From: Candidatus Pelagibacter ubique HTCC1062
GTDB taxonomy: Bacteria > Pseudomonadota > Alphaproteobacteria > Pelagibacterales > Pelagibacteraceae
Direction of reading: 5' to 3'
Length of the DNA: 32,000 bases
Assembly: GCF_000012345.1 (NCBI RefSeq)
Contig: NC_007205.1
Location: forward strand, 1,140,001 to 1,172,000
The translations under genes and the position numbers were made by a program. Positions within the stretch are counted from its first letter, which is position 1, and each line of letters starts with the position of its first letter. This document shows positions 18,666 through 25,695 of the stretch, piece after piece. Below the pieces are notes generated by a model. That model was not told the DNA's origin and ran no database searches. It saw only the letters and a program-made list of their open reading frames with translations.

Positions 18666-19706
18666 TTAGTGATTAATTGATGATGAAAAGTTCCAAGAAC
18701 AGTCAAAACTTGGGATGTAAACCCTATCCAAAGTTGTATTTCCAAAATTCTTATTGAAAACATCTAACCATTTCTCTACTTGCTCTGGTTTCTTATCTTG
18801 GCTACCCACTTGAGCGGTAATTACTCCATTAGGTTTTAATATTCTAATTAATGAGTCCATATTTTTGGCAGCAAGATCAATACAAAACTGATCATCGTTA
18901 AGATCTACAAAAATTTTATCGTACTTATCGTCTTCAACAGACTTTATACTTTCAAAAGCATCTCCCCAAATACATTTAACTGAATTTTTCTCAGTTGATT
19001 TATTGCCAATGCTTCCAAGGTGTTTATTGCAAACCTCAACTACTTCTGGATCAAGTTCATACCAGTCTATAAAATCAAAACCTTTAGACGTACACTCTCT
19101 TGCAACTCCTCCATCACCACCACCAATGATAGCAGCTGTTCCCATGTCTTTATTTAATTTTAAAGCAGCGTTTACAAATGTTGAGCTATACAAAACTTCA
19201 TCATTTGTTGCGACTTGAATTTCGTTATCAATAAATAATGATTTACCAAATTGTTCTAAATCTAATATTTCAATATGTTGACCTACTTTAGATTTAAAAT
19301 CCTCTAAAACTTCATTTACAACATACGATTTTTGTAATCCAGGCGAACTGTAAATGTCATGATATAAAGACTTAGTATCCCTATCAAAAGCTTTTGTGAC
19401 AATTCTCTTATGTTTAAATTCTTTTTTAACAATATCGAGGGCGATAGAAGGACTTACCTTCCCGCATGTGAAAAAATCAAAACTAATAATTCCTTTTTCT
19501 GGAAACGTATGAAAACTGATATGACTTTCCGCTAATAAGGCAAGGATAGTAAAACCTTGCGGTTCAAATTTATACTTTGAAATTTCAAGAATTGTAACTT
19601 CTGCAGCTTTTGCAATTTTACGAATTACGTTCTCGTAAACTGAAGGGTCATACTCTTGAGTAGTGCCTATGATGTCTAAAGTTATATGCTCGCCTACTTT
19701 AGTCAT
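18666..19706 (-). CDS. Fusion protein: pyruvoyl-dependent S-adenosylmethionine decarboxylase (SpeH-type, N-terminal) + spermidine synthase/aminopropyltransferase (C-terminal)
   Basis: The N-terminal ~115 aa (GEHITLDIIG...GFTILALLAESHISFHTFPEKGIISFDFFTCG) carries the class-1 AdoMetDC self-cleavage site E/SH. The C-terminal part has IIGGGDGGVARE, ELDPEVVEVC, WGDAF and FVDLND, which are aminopropyltransferase motifs. Confidence 0.85.
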   Translation of the reverse strand: MTKVGEHITLDIIGTTQEYDPSVYENVIRKIAKAAEVTILEISKYKFEPQGFTILALLAESHISFHTFPEKGIISFDFFTCGKVSPSIALDIVKKEFKHKRIVTKAFDRDTKSLYHDIYSSPGLQKSYVVNEVLEDFKSKVGQHIEILDLEQFGKSLFIDNEIQVATNDEVLYSSTFVNAALKLNKDMGTAAIIGGGDGGVARECTSKGFDFIDWYELDPEVVEVCNKHLGSIGNKSTEKNSVKCIWGDAFESIKSVEDDKYDKIFVDLNDDQFCIDLAAKNMDSLIRILKPNGVITAQVGSQDKKPEQVEKWLDVFNKNFGNTTLDRVYIPSFDCSWNFSSSINH

Positions 19707-19818
19707 AAAAATTATTCCCTCTTATAATTTTTTATTAATATTAAGTTGCTCGGTTTTATATAGGTGTATTGATAATTTTCAACAATTAATCAATTTTTTG
19801 ATATTTTACTTAATTAAA

Positions 19819-20343
19819 TTAAAACTGAGTATTAATTAAACTAGCAAATGCACTAGCCCCTTTTGCTAGATTTTTGTTCCAATCATTATCAGCATTTTCA
19901 TCTGCATTATCAGATATGTATTTAAAACATTTAAATTCAATTTTCTCTAACTTGCAAACTTTTGCAATAGCGTAGGCCTCCATATCAACTACATCAACTT
20001 CTATATCTATTTTTTTATTAACAAAACTATCTCCTGTTCCACAAGAATAACCTTCTTTTGATGTAATAATTTCTTTAATTTTATCAAAAGGTGTCTCACC
20101 TAATTCAAAATCTAACCCTCTAACATCCATATCTCTTTGATAAAATTTGGTGCATTCAACGATTCCTTTTAACTTAGTATTAATTGCACCTGCAGTACCA
20201 TAATTGATAATTAGTTTTGGTTTGTAAATATTGATTAACTTTAATGTGTTATAAGTTGCATTAATTTTTCCAACTCCAACATGGTTAAAATAGTCTAATC
20301 CAATCGTTTCTTCTTTAATTGCTGCTAGGAATAATTTGTCCAT
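19819..20343 (-). CDS. Compact PNP/UDP-1 family nucleosidase, MTA/SAH-nucleosidase-like
   Basis: 174 aa. GVGKINA, NYGTAGA, GTGDSF, VVDMEAYAIAKVC and ISDNAD match the MtnN/Pfs motif order. It is shorter than the usual ~230 aa. Confidence 0.7.
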   Translation of the reverse strand: MDKLFLAAIKEETIGLDYFNHVGVGKINATYNTLKLINIYKPKLIINYGTAGAINTKLKGIVECTKFYQRDMDVRGLDFELGETPFDKIKEIITSKEGYSCGTGDSFVNKKIDIEVDVVDMEAYAIAKVCKLEKIEFKCFKYISDNADENADNDWNKNLAKGASAFASLINTQF

Positions 20344-20380
20344 AGATTTTTTTTACTAAAGATATAAATATATTAATATC

Positions 20381-20908
20381 ATGAATTTAAAAGATTATAT
20401 TAGATCTATTCCAGATTATCCAAAAAAAGGAATTTTATTTAGAGATATTACAACTTTAATTAAAGACGCAGATGCATTTGAAGAATGTATTAATCAAATA
20501 ATTGAAAGATCAAAAAATTATAAAATAGATAAAATTGCTGCAATTGAGTCAAGAGGATTTGTATTTGCTTCTGCTGTTTCTTATCTTCTTAAAAAACCTT
20601 TTATTATGTTTAGAAAGAAAAACAAACTTCCGGCTGAAACTCATTCAGTTGATTTTGAATTGGAGTATGGAACTGCAACTATTGAAGTTCATAAAGATTC
20701 AATTGACAAAGATGACTCAGTTTTAATTATAGATGATTTAATAGCAACAGGTGGAACAGCTGAAGCAGCAGCTAAACTTGTGGAAATGTCTAATGCCAAA
20801 ATTGCTGCATTTGTTTTTGCAATTAATCTTTTTGACCTAGGTGGATCTGATAATTTAGTTAAAAAAGGTTATAAGGTTGAAAACTTAATGGATTTTCCAG
20901 GGCATTAA
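20381..20908 (+). CDS. apt: Adenine phosphoribosyltransferase
   Basis: 175 aa. IRSIPDYPKKGILFRDITTL, IAAIESRGFVFASAV and the PRPP loop VLIIDDLIATGGTAEAA are textbook Apt. Confidence 0.92.
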   Translation: MNLKDYIRSIPDYPKKGILFRDITTLIKDADAFEECINQIIERSKNYKIDKIAAIESRGFVFASAVSYLLKKPFIMFRKKNKLPAETHSVDFELEYGTATIEVHKDSIDKDDSVLIIDDLIATGGTAEAAAKLVEMSNAKIAAFVFAINLFDLGGSDNLVKKGYKVENLMDFPGH

Positions 20909-20940
20909 AGTTTAAAAGGAGATAGAATACAAAAATCAGT

Positions 20941-22149
20941 ATGAAGCTAAGTTTTGATGAAATATTACTACTTGTAAAAGATAAACAATTTAAAGAATCT
21001 TTAAAATATATAAACAAACTGATATCTGAAAATGGTGATAATTTTAATTATCTACACTTAAAAGGTACACTAGAATTCAATGTAGGTGAATTTTCAAATG
21101 CTATAACAAGCTTTTCATCTGCATTAGAACTAAAAAAAAATGATCATAATATTCATCATTTAAGAGGTATTACTTATTATAACTTAAACAAATTTAGCGA
21201 AGCTAAAAAAGATTTAGAAAAAGCAATTTCATTAGAAAATAATTTTTCTGAAGCTTATTTTTCTCTTGGAGTTTTGTATTTTGAGCATTCTAAAAACACT
21301 GAAGCAATAGAGAGCTTTATAAAATCAATTGAAATAAATAAAAATTTTAAAAAACCAATAAAACATTTAATTAAGGCACTAGCACGTACTAATAATATTA
21401 AAGAAACAAATTCAAGTATTGTATCTAAACATAATGAATTGAATAAAATTAATCTTTATTATAACTCAACTGAATATTTAGATGATAAAATTATAAGTAA
21501 TTTTGTAAAAGAAACAGATGAAATTATTGGAAAAAATTTTCAAGATTTAGATTTTAAAGAAACACAAATTTATAGAAGGAATCAAGATTTTCTAAATTGC
21601 AGAAGACATAAAAAAGTATTTAATACTTATGATGTCATACCCAAATTTTGTTTCAATTGCTATAAGGTTCAAATCGAACCAGATAACTTAGTAGATTTAA
21701 TTAAACTCTATATAATATTTGACAACATTATCTTACCAAAAAACAATATAAGAAAATGTATGATCGAAAATAGAGCAAATATTTCAGGAAATTATAAAGG
21801 ATTAATATATTGTAGTTCCATCGAAGAATCTCAATTAATAGAAAAAAAACTTAACGTAATATTAAAAAATAATTTAAATAAATCAATAGTTTGTAAAATT
21901 AAAAGAGGATGCTCTGAATTTGCATTAAAATATCCTAAATATAATAGTTTTGAAAAAGACTCATTAAATTATAAAGAAGATTGGAAAAATTATGAAGCGC
22001 TAATCGATAACAAGTACTCACACTTAACTTTTGATAAAAAAACAATACCAACAATCAAAGGTATTTCTTTAAACGATGTATTAATAATAAGAAATTGGAT
22101 AACTTTTGCTAAAATGAGAGGTGACGATATTCATAAATTAATCACATAA
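20941..22149 (+). CDS. TPR-repeat protein with an uncharacterised Cys-motif C-terminal domain
   Basis: The N-terminal ~150 aa contain TPR units (AITSFSSALELKKNDHNIHHLRGITYYNLNKFSEAKKDLEKAISLENNFSEAYFSLGVLYFEHSKNTEAIESFIKSIEINKN). The C-terminal ~200 aa contain NCRRHKK...FCFNCYKV and KRGCSEF. I cannot assign a family to that part. Confidence 0.7.
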   Translation: MKLSFDEILLLVKDKQFKESLKYINKLISENGDNFNYLHLKGTLEFNVGEFSNAITSFSSALELKKNDHNIHHLRGITYYNLNKFSEAKKDLEKAISLENNFSEAYFSLGVLYFEHSKNTEAIESFIKSIEINKNFKKPIKHLIKALARTNNIKETNSSIVSKHNELNKINLYYNSTEYLDDKIISNFVKETDEIIGKNFQDLDFKETQIYRRNQDFLNCRRHKKVFNTYDVIPKFCFNCYKVQIEPDNLVDLIKLYIIFDNIILPKNNIRKCMIENRANISGNYKGLIYCSSIEESQLIEKKLNVILKNNLNKSIVCKIKRGCSEFALKYPKYNSFEKDSLNYKEDWKNYEALIDNKYSHLTFDKKTIPTIKGISLNDVLIIRNWITFAKMRGDDIHKLIT

Positions 22150-22228
22150 TAAATATATTGAACTCAATAAATAAAATTAATTACATTAATAAAGAGACAA
22201 AACTACACTAAAGGTTAAAGGTATCTTG

Positions 22229-23077
22229 CTATAAGTACCCAAGTTCTTTCATTTCTACATAAAACTTAAGCTCAATTTCATCTTTGATTTTTTTATTTAA
22301 ATTATTTTCCCAATTATTTTTCGGCCCAAGATTAAAAAATTTTTTCTTTGTATCATTTGTGTCGTAAGCATTTTCATCAAAACCACCTTTTTCCTCTAGG
22401 TTTTGGAGATAATTAAAACTAGTGGTTTTAATAATGTTTTTATTTTTAATTTCATCTGTTTGGATAGGAGTAAATCTTTTAATAAATGCAATAATTTTAT
22501 CTAATTCAGAATTTGTATTATTAATTAAATCTTCATATTTTATTAATAGAAAATTTTCATTATTATTTTTCCAAAAATTATAATGTTCATTCCAAGTACC
22601 TAAAAGAGTTATTAAGCTACCATTATCTAAATCATCCTCTTTTTCAAATTTCGTAATAATTTTTGGAGCAAATAAAAAATTTTTTGAATCTTCTACAGAT
22701 TTACTAAAGTGATTTGAAATTGAATTTACTAAATTTCTAGGATCTCGAGTAATGTATATTGTTGCAAGTGTATTTTTTTTACTAGTAAAGCTGTACTGAC
22801 CAATTTTACAGTTAATATGATGTGTTTTAAAAAATTTTACTTTATTATCTAAATTTATAAAATCTTGCGCAGATTCCCAATATTTTTTAATTTCATGAAT
22901 ATTTTCAAAATCATTTGTAAAATCTTTAAAATACTTTTTACTTGGAAATTGTTTAATTTGATTTAGTAATTCAAATTTAAATACACCATCATTAGTATGC
23001 ATTAAAGCGGCTATTATAGATCTTACCCATGTATTGCCACTTTTAGGGTAAGATGCTAGCCATATAATCATACTCAC
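22229..23077 (-). CDS. PAPS-dependent sulfotransferase family protein
   Basis: 282 aa. 5'-PSB loop WLASYPKSGNTWVRS and 3'-PB motif IYITRDPRNLVNSISNH are the two canonical sulfotransferase PAPS-binding motifs. Confidence 0.88.
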   Translation of the reverse strand: MSMIIWLASYPKSGNTWVRSIIAALMHTNDGVFKFELLNQIKQFPSKKYFKDFTNDFENIHEIKKYWESAQDFINLDNKVKFFKTHHINCKIGQYSFTSKKNTLATIYITRDPRNLVNSISNHFSKSVEDSKNFLFAPKIITKFEKEDDLDNGSLITLLGTWNEHYNFWKNNNENFLLIKYEDLINNTNSELDKIIAFIKRFTPIQTDEIKNKNIIKTTSFNYLQNLEEKGGFDENAYDTNDTKKKFFNLGPKNNWENNLNKKIKDEIELKFYVEMKELGYL

Positions 23078-23149
23078 TTATAATATTTAGATTAAAAAAA
23101 TCAATGTTGCTAAATAATTAAAAATTACAGGTTAAGATCATTTTATTAA

Positions 23150-23194
23150 AAAAATTATAATATTGAAAACTTAATAAATTTTCCAGGGCATTAA
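23150..23194 (+). pseudogene. apt: Relic of the apt 3' end (last ~14 codons plus stop)
   Basis: In-frame reading gives KNYNIENLINFPGH*, against KKGYKVENLMDFPGH* at the end of the live apt gene. It is preceded by an in-frame stop, and its stop codon lies 1 nt from the tRNA fragment. Confidence 0.8.
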
Positions 23195-23195
23195 A

Positions 23196-23248
23196 TGGTA
23201 GCGGGAAGTGGAATCGAACCACTGACCTCAGGCTTATGAGTCCTGCGC
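23196..23248 (-). pseudogene. 3' fragment (53 nt) of tRNA-Met(CAU); direct repeat of 26596..26648 (att-like island boundary)
   Basis: Perfect 53/53 identity with the 3' part of the intact tRNA (anticodon arm through CCA). The sequences diverge completely after 23248/26648. Confidence 0.9.
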
Positions 23249-23311
23249 CATGACCCTTGGAGCCAACGCATCCTGCAAGAACATCTTCAAAACTCCTTTG
23301 TCTCTGCTCTT

Positions 23312-23387
23312 TTCTTTCTAGACTCAGATTTACATAAACTTAGACTCTAGTCAACTTCTATTGGAGCATTGGAGCATGAGTGGAGCA
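23312..23387 (+). repeat. Repeat module R1 (diverged, expanded copy) with three TGGAGCA units
   Basis: The 21-nt core CATTGGAGCATGAGTGGAGCA (23367..23387) is identical to the R2 and R3 cores. R1 has an extra ATTGGAGC unit and a diverged or expanded 5' part that starts with TTCTTTCTAGA (R2/R3 start with TTCTTCTAGA). Confidence 0.8.
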
Positions 23388-23620
23388 CAGATTTTATATC
23401 AATAGAGGTACCAAGTGGATTTCGAAAATTGAAAGTTGTTATGACCCCACCACCCTTTTTTATAAATGGGACTCCTTATATCTATACGTAAATAAGAATG
23501 TAAAAATATTATTGCTATTCTTGTAAGAGAAAGTGGTTTTTAAATATCATTAGTTTATTAAACCTAAAATGGACGTCTTTTGATATAAAAAGATACATCA
23601 AGTCAATTATAATTTTAAAA

Positions 23621-24238
23621 ATGAAAGTTATAAATAATAAAAAAGGTTTTACCTTAATTGAATTATTAGTGGTAGTTGCCATCATTGGTATTTTATCATC
23701 TGTCGGGGTTGTTGCTTATAATGGGTATACAGCTGGGGCTAAAGAATCAGCTTGCAAAGGTAATTTTAGAACCTTAGTTAAATCTGTTTATGAAAATATA
23801 ATGTGGTGTGAGCTTAACCCAACAATTAATTTTATAGGGGGTAATGATAAACAAGTTTGGGAATATGATTGTAATACTATGTTCGTTGGCGGCATGTCAG
23901 TTTCGTCTCAGCTTGGGTACACGACAAATGAAAAAATAGCCCACCTTACTATAACTGAAATTAGTAATCGAGATAGACATAGAGAACCAGACTCAACAAT
24001 AGGTTCAAGAACAACACTTAACACGATTTCTAATCCCTACACTGGTCGTTATGTTTATGATGACACACCCAGTGAATATTATTATGGAGATAAATATGAT
24101 ATGAGAGGTAAATTATCTCTTAGAAAAAGAGATAGTAGTGGAAATGAATTAAGCAATAATTGGCAGTCAGAGGGACAACTGTATCTAATAACTAGATGTG
24201 GTGATAAGGTGATAGAACACGAATTTGATATCTATTGA
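23621..24238 (+). CDS. Type IV pilin-like protein (prepilin N-terminal cleavage/methylation domain), paralogue 1
   Basis: MKVINNKKG/FTLIELLVVVAIIGILSSVGVVAY has a short basic leader, the G/F cleavage site, Glu5 and a hydrophobic helix. The C-terminal domain is unique and has 4 Cys. Confidence 0.85.
   Translation: MKVINNKKGFTLIELLVVVAIIGILSSVGVVAYNGYTAGAKESACKGNFRTLVKSVYENIMWCELNPTINFIGGNDKQVWEYDCNTMFVGGMSVSSQLGYTTNEKIAHLTITEISNRDRHREPDSTIGSRTTLNTISNPYTGRYVYDDTPSEYYYGDKYDMRGKLSLRKRDSSGNELSNNWQSEGQLYLITRCGDKVIEHEFDIY
23645..23692 (+). repeat. 48-nt block identical between the two pilin genes (copy 1)
   Basis: GGTTTTACCTTAATTGAATTATTAGTGGTAGTTGCCATCATTGGTATT is 48/48 identical to 25714..25761. 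Nucleotide identity drops abruptly after the block even though the proteins stay homologous for about 20 more residues. Confidence 0.9.
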
Positions 24239-24251
24239 AAATTTATATGTT

Positions 24252-24302
24252 TTCTTCTAGATAACGCTATGACCAATTCTCATTGGAGCATGAGTGGAGC
24301 AA
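24252..24302 (+). repeat. Repeat module R2 (51 nt) 13 nt downstream of pilin 1
   Basis: TTCTTCTAGATAACGCTATGACCAATTCTCATTGGAGCATGAGTGGAGCAA is 50/51 identical to R3 (26503..26553). It contains TCTAGA, the inverted repeat CCAAT/ATTGG, and two TGGAGCA units spaced 11 nt start to start. Confidence 0.9.
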
Positions 24303-24384
24303 AAAAAGTTAGTTCCAATCACTAACAGCTTTAACTTATCAAAATTATTAAAAGCTTTCAAATAAAACCCAAAATAAACATAGT

Positions 24385-24786
24385 ATGACTTTGATTACAT
24401 TAAATATAAGTATATATTTTAAAATTATGACTCAAACACTATTTGAAAAATATGGCGGAAAAAAAACAGTTGGTCAAATTGTTATTAATTTTTATCAAAA
24501 GCTTATGGCTGATGAAAATTTAAAAAAATTTTTTACAAATTCTGATATGAAAGTTTTGATTTCACACCAAACTAATTTCATTTCCCAAGCTTTAGGTGGG
24601 CCAAAAGAATATACTGGTCTTGATATGAAAACTGCTCATCAAGGCATGAAAATATCTCAAGAAGACTTTAATGGAGTTGCTGGACATCTAAAACAAACCT
24701 TGGAAGAACTAAATGTTGAAAGCCAAGATGTTGACACCATCATTGGTGTTGTCGCTCCACTTTCAGAACATATTGTATCAAAATAA
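24385..24786 (+). CDS. Truncated (2-on-2) haemoglobin, group I (trHbN-like)
   Basis: LFEKYGGKKTVGQIVINFYQKLMADENLKKFF...HQTNFISQALGGPKEYTGLDMKTAHQGMKISQEDFNGVAGHL shows both Gly-Gly hinges, the B9-B10 Phe-Tyr and a proximal His context. The likely real start is MTQTLFEKYGG at 24427. Confidence 0.85.
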   Translation: MTLITLNISIYFKIMTQTLFEKYGGKKTVGQIVINFYQKLMADENLKKFFTNSDMKVLISHQTNFISQALGGPKEYTGLDMKTAHQGMKISQEDFNGVAGHLKQTLEELNVESQDVDTIIGVVAPLSEHIVSK

Positions 24787-24825
24787 CAGAATTCATAATT
24801 AATAAATTTTGGCAATATTTATTTA

Positions 24826-25692
24826 ATGATAAAAATAAATAATTGGGAAGACTTAATAGCATTAGCAAAAGAACAAGGGCTCACACCTAAGGAAGCATGG
24901 GAAAGAATTGAAAAAACAAATCTAAAATTTTTAAATAGAAAAAGTTCAGCAGAAAAAGAACTTAAAAAAGGAACAAGAGTACAAAAACTAATGTTTCCAA
25001 AGAATAATGAGGAAAATATTCTTTTAGCAAAAAATGTACCTTCTTTGGATGTTTCTGGTGATTTTTATAATTTTAAAAATATAGGAGATAAAATCTTTTT
25101 TACTCTTGGCGATGTTTCTGGCAAAGGAGTGGATGCAGGACTCATTATGGCAAGAGTTACCGCATTGTTTGAAATCCTTGTTGAGGAAAAAAAGAGTCTT
25201 ATTGAAATTGTGTCATTAATAAATGATAATTTATATAATTTACGTTCAGGAAAATTTTTAACAGGAATATTTGCTGTATACGATAAAAAATCTAAAAATC
25301 TTGAATTTATTAATGCTGGCCATTCAGAAAGTATAATTTCAGAGAATAAAAAAATTACTGAACATGTTTCTAGCAAAATTCCGCCGCTTGGAGTTCAGCC
25401 TATTAATCTTGATTTAAATAGTGTTTTAAATAAAATTTCATTGAAGGATAAAATTTTTTATATATACAGCGATGGCTTAAGCGAAAGTAAAGATTTTGAA
25501 GGAAATGAAATTGAAGCTGAGGGTATAATAGATTTGTTAAATAAGAATAAAGATCACGATATTGCAACACAATTGGAAAATATTTTTATAGAAATTTCCG
25601 CGTTTGGTGCATTGCAAAATATGTCAAATGAAGAACAAAGTATAATTAAGGATGATCTTACAATTTTAGCTATTAATGGGAAAAATATTTAA
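24826..25692 (+). CDS. PP2C-family SpoIIE/RsbU-like serine phosphatase with a short N-terminal region and no recognisable sensor domain
   Basis: VQKLMFP...LDVSGDFYNF...FFTLGDVSGKGVDAGLIMARV...FLTGIFAVYD...LEFINAGHSE...PPLGV...IYSDGLSES...KDDLTILAI is the full SpoIIE-domain motif series. Confidence 0.85.
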   Translation: MIKINNWEDLIALAKEQGLTPKEAWERIEKTNLKFLNRKSSAEKELKKGTRVQKLMFPKNNEENILLAKNVPSLDVSGDFYNFKNIGDKIFFTLGDVSGKGVDAGLIMARVTALFEILVEEKKSLIEIVSLINDNLYNLRSGKFLTGIFAVYDKKSKNLEFINAGHSESIISENKKITEHVSSKIPPLGVQPINLDLNSVLNKISLKDKIFYIYSDGLSESKDFEGNEIEAEGIIDLLNKNKDHDIATQLENIFIEISAFGALQNMSNEEQSIIKDDLTILAINGKNI

Positions 25693-25695
25693 TCA

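Larger units (their letters stand above)
20909..23149. mobile_element. Inserted ~2.2-kb cassette (TPR/Cys-motif protein + sulfotransferase) between apt and a relic copy of the apt 3' end
   Basis: The apt 3' end (20877..20909) recurs at 23163..23195 (31/33 nt), with weaker coding similarity further upstream. Everything between the two copies is extra relative to the inferred ancestral apt/tRNA junction. No mobility gene is present. Confidence 0.5.

Noticed and set aside
23362-23387. Reading the TGGAGCA repeats as a sigma-54 (-24 GG / -12 GC) pilin promoter
   Set aside because: The GG-to-GC spacing is 10 nt (R1) or 13 nt (R2/R3) instead of the strict 11, and the -12 element is GGAGCA rather than TTGCW. 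R3 has no downstream plus-strand gene. Streamlined SAR11-type genomes are not known for carrying rpoN.
24268-24324. Tiny ORF inside R2 and R3 (MTNSHWSMSGA..., 18 and 14 codons; the R3 copy starts at 26519)
   Set aside because: The shared part is only 11 codons, there is no ribosome-binding site, and the start is absent in R1. The conservation is explained more simply by the DNA-level repeat itself.
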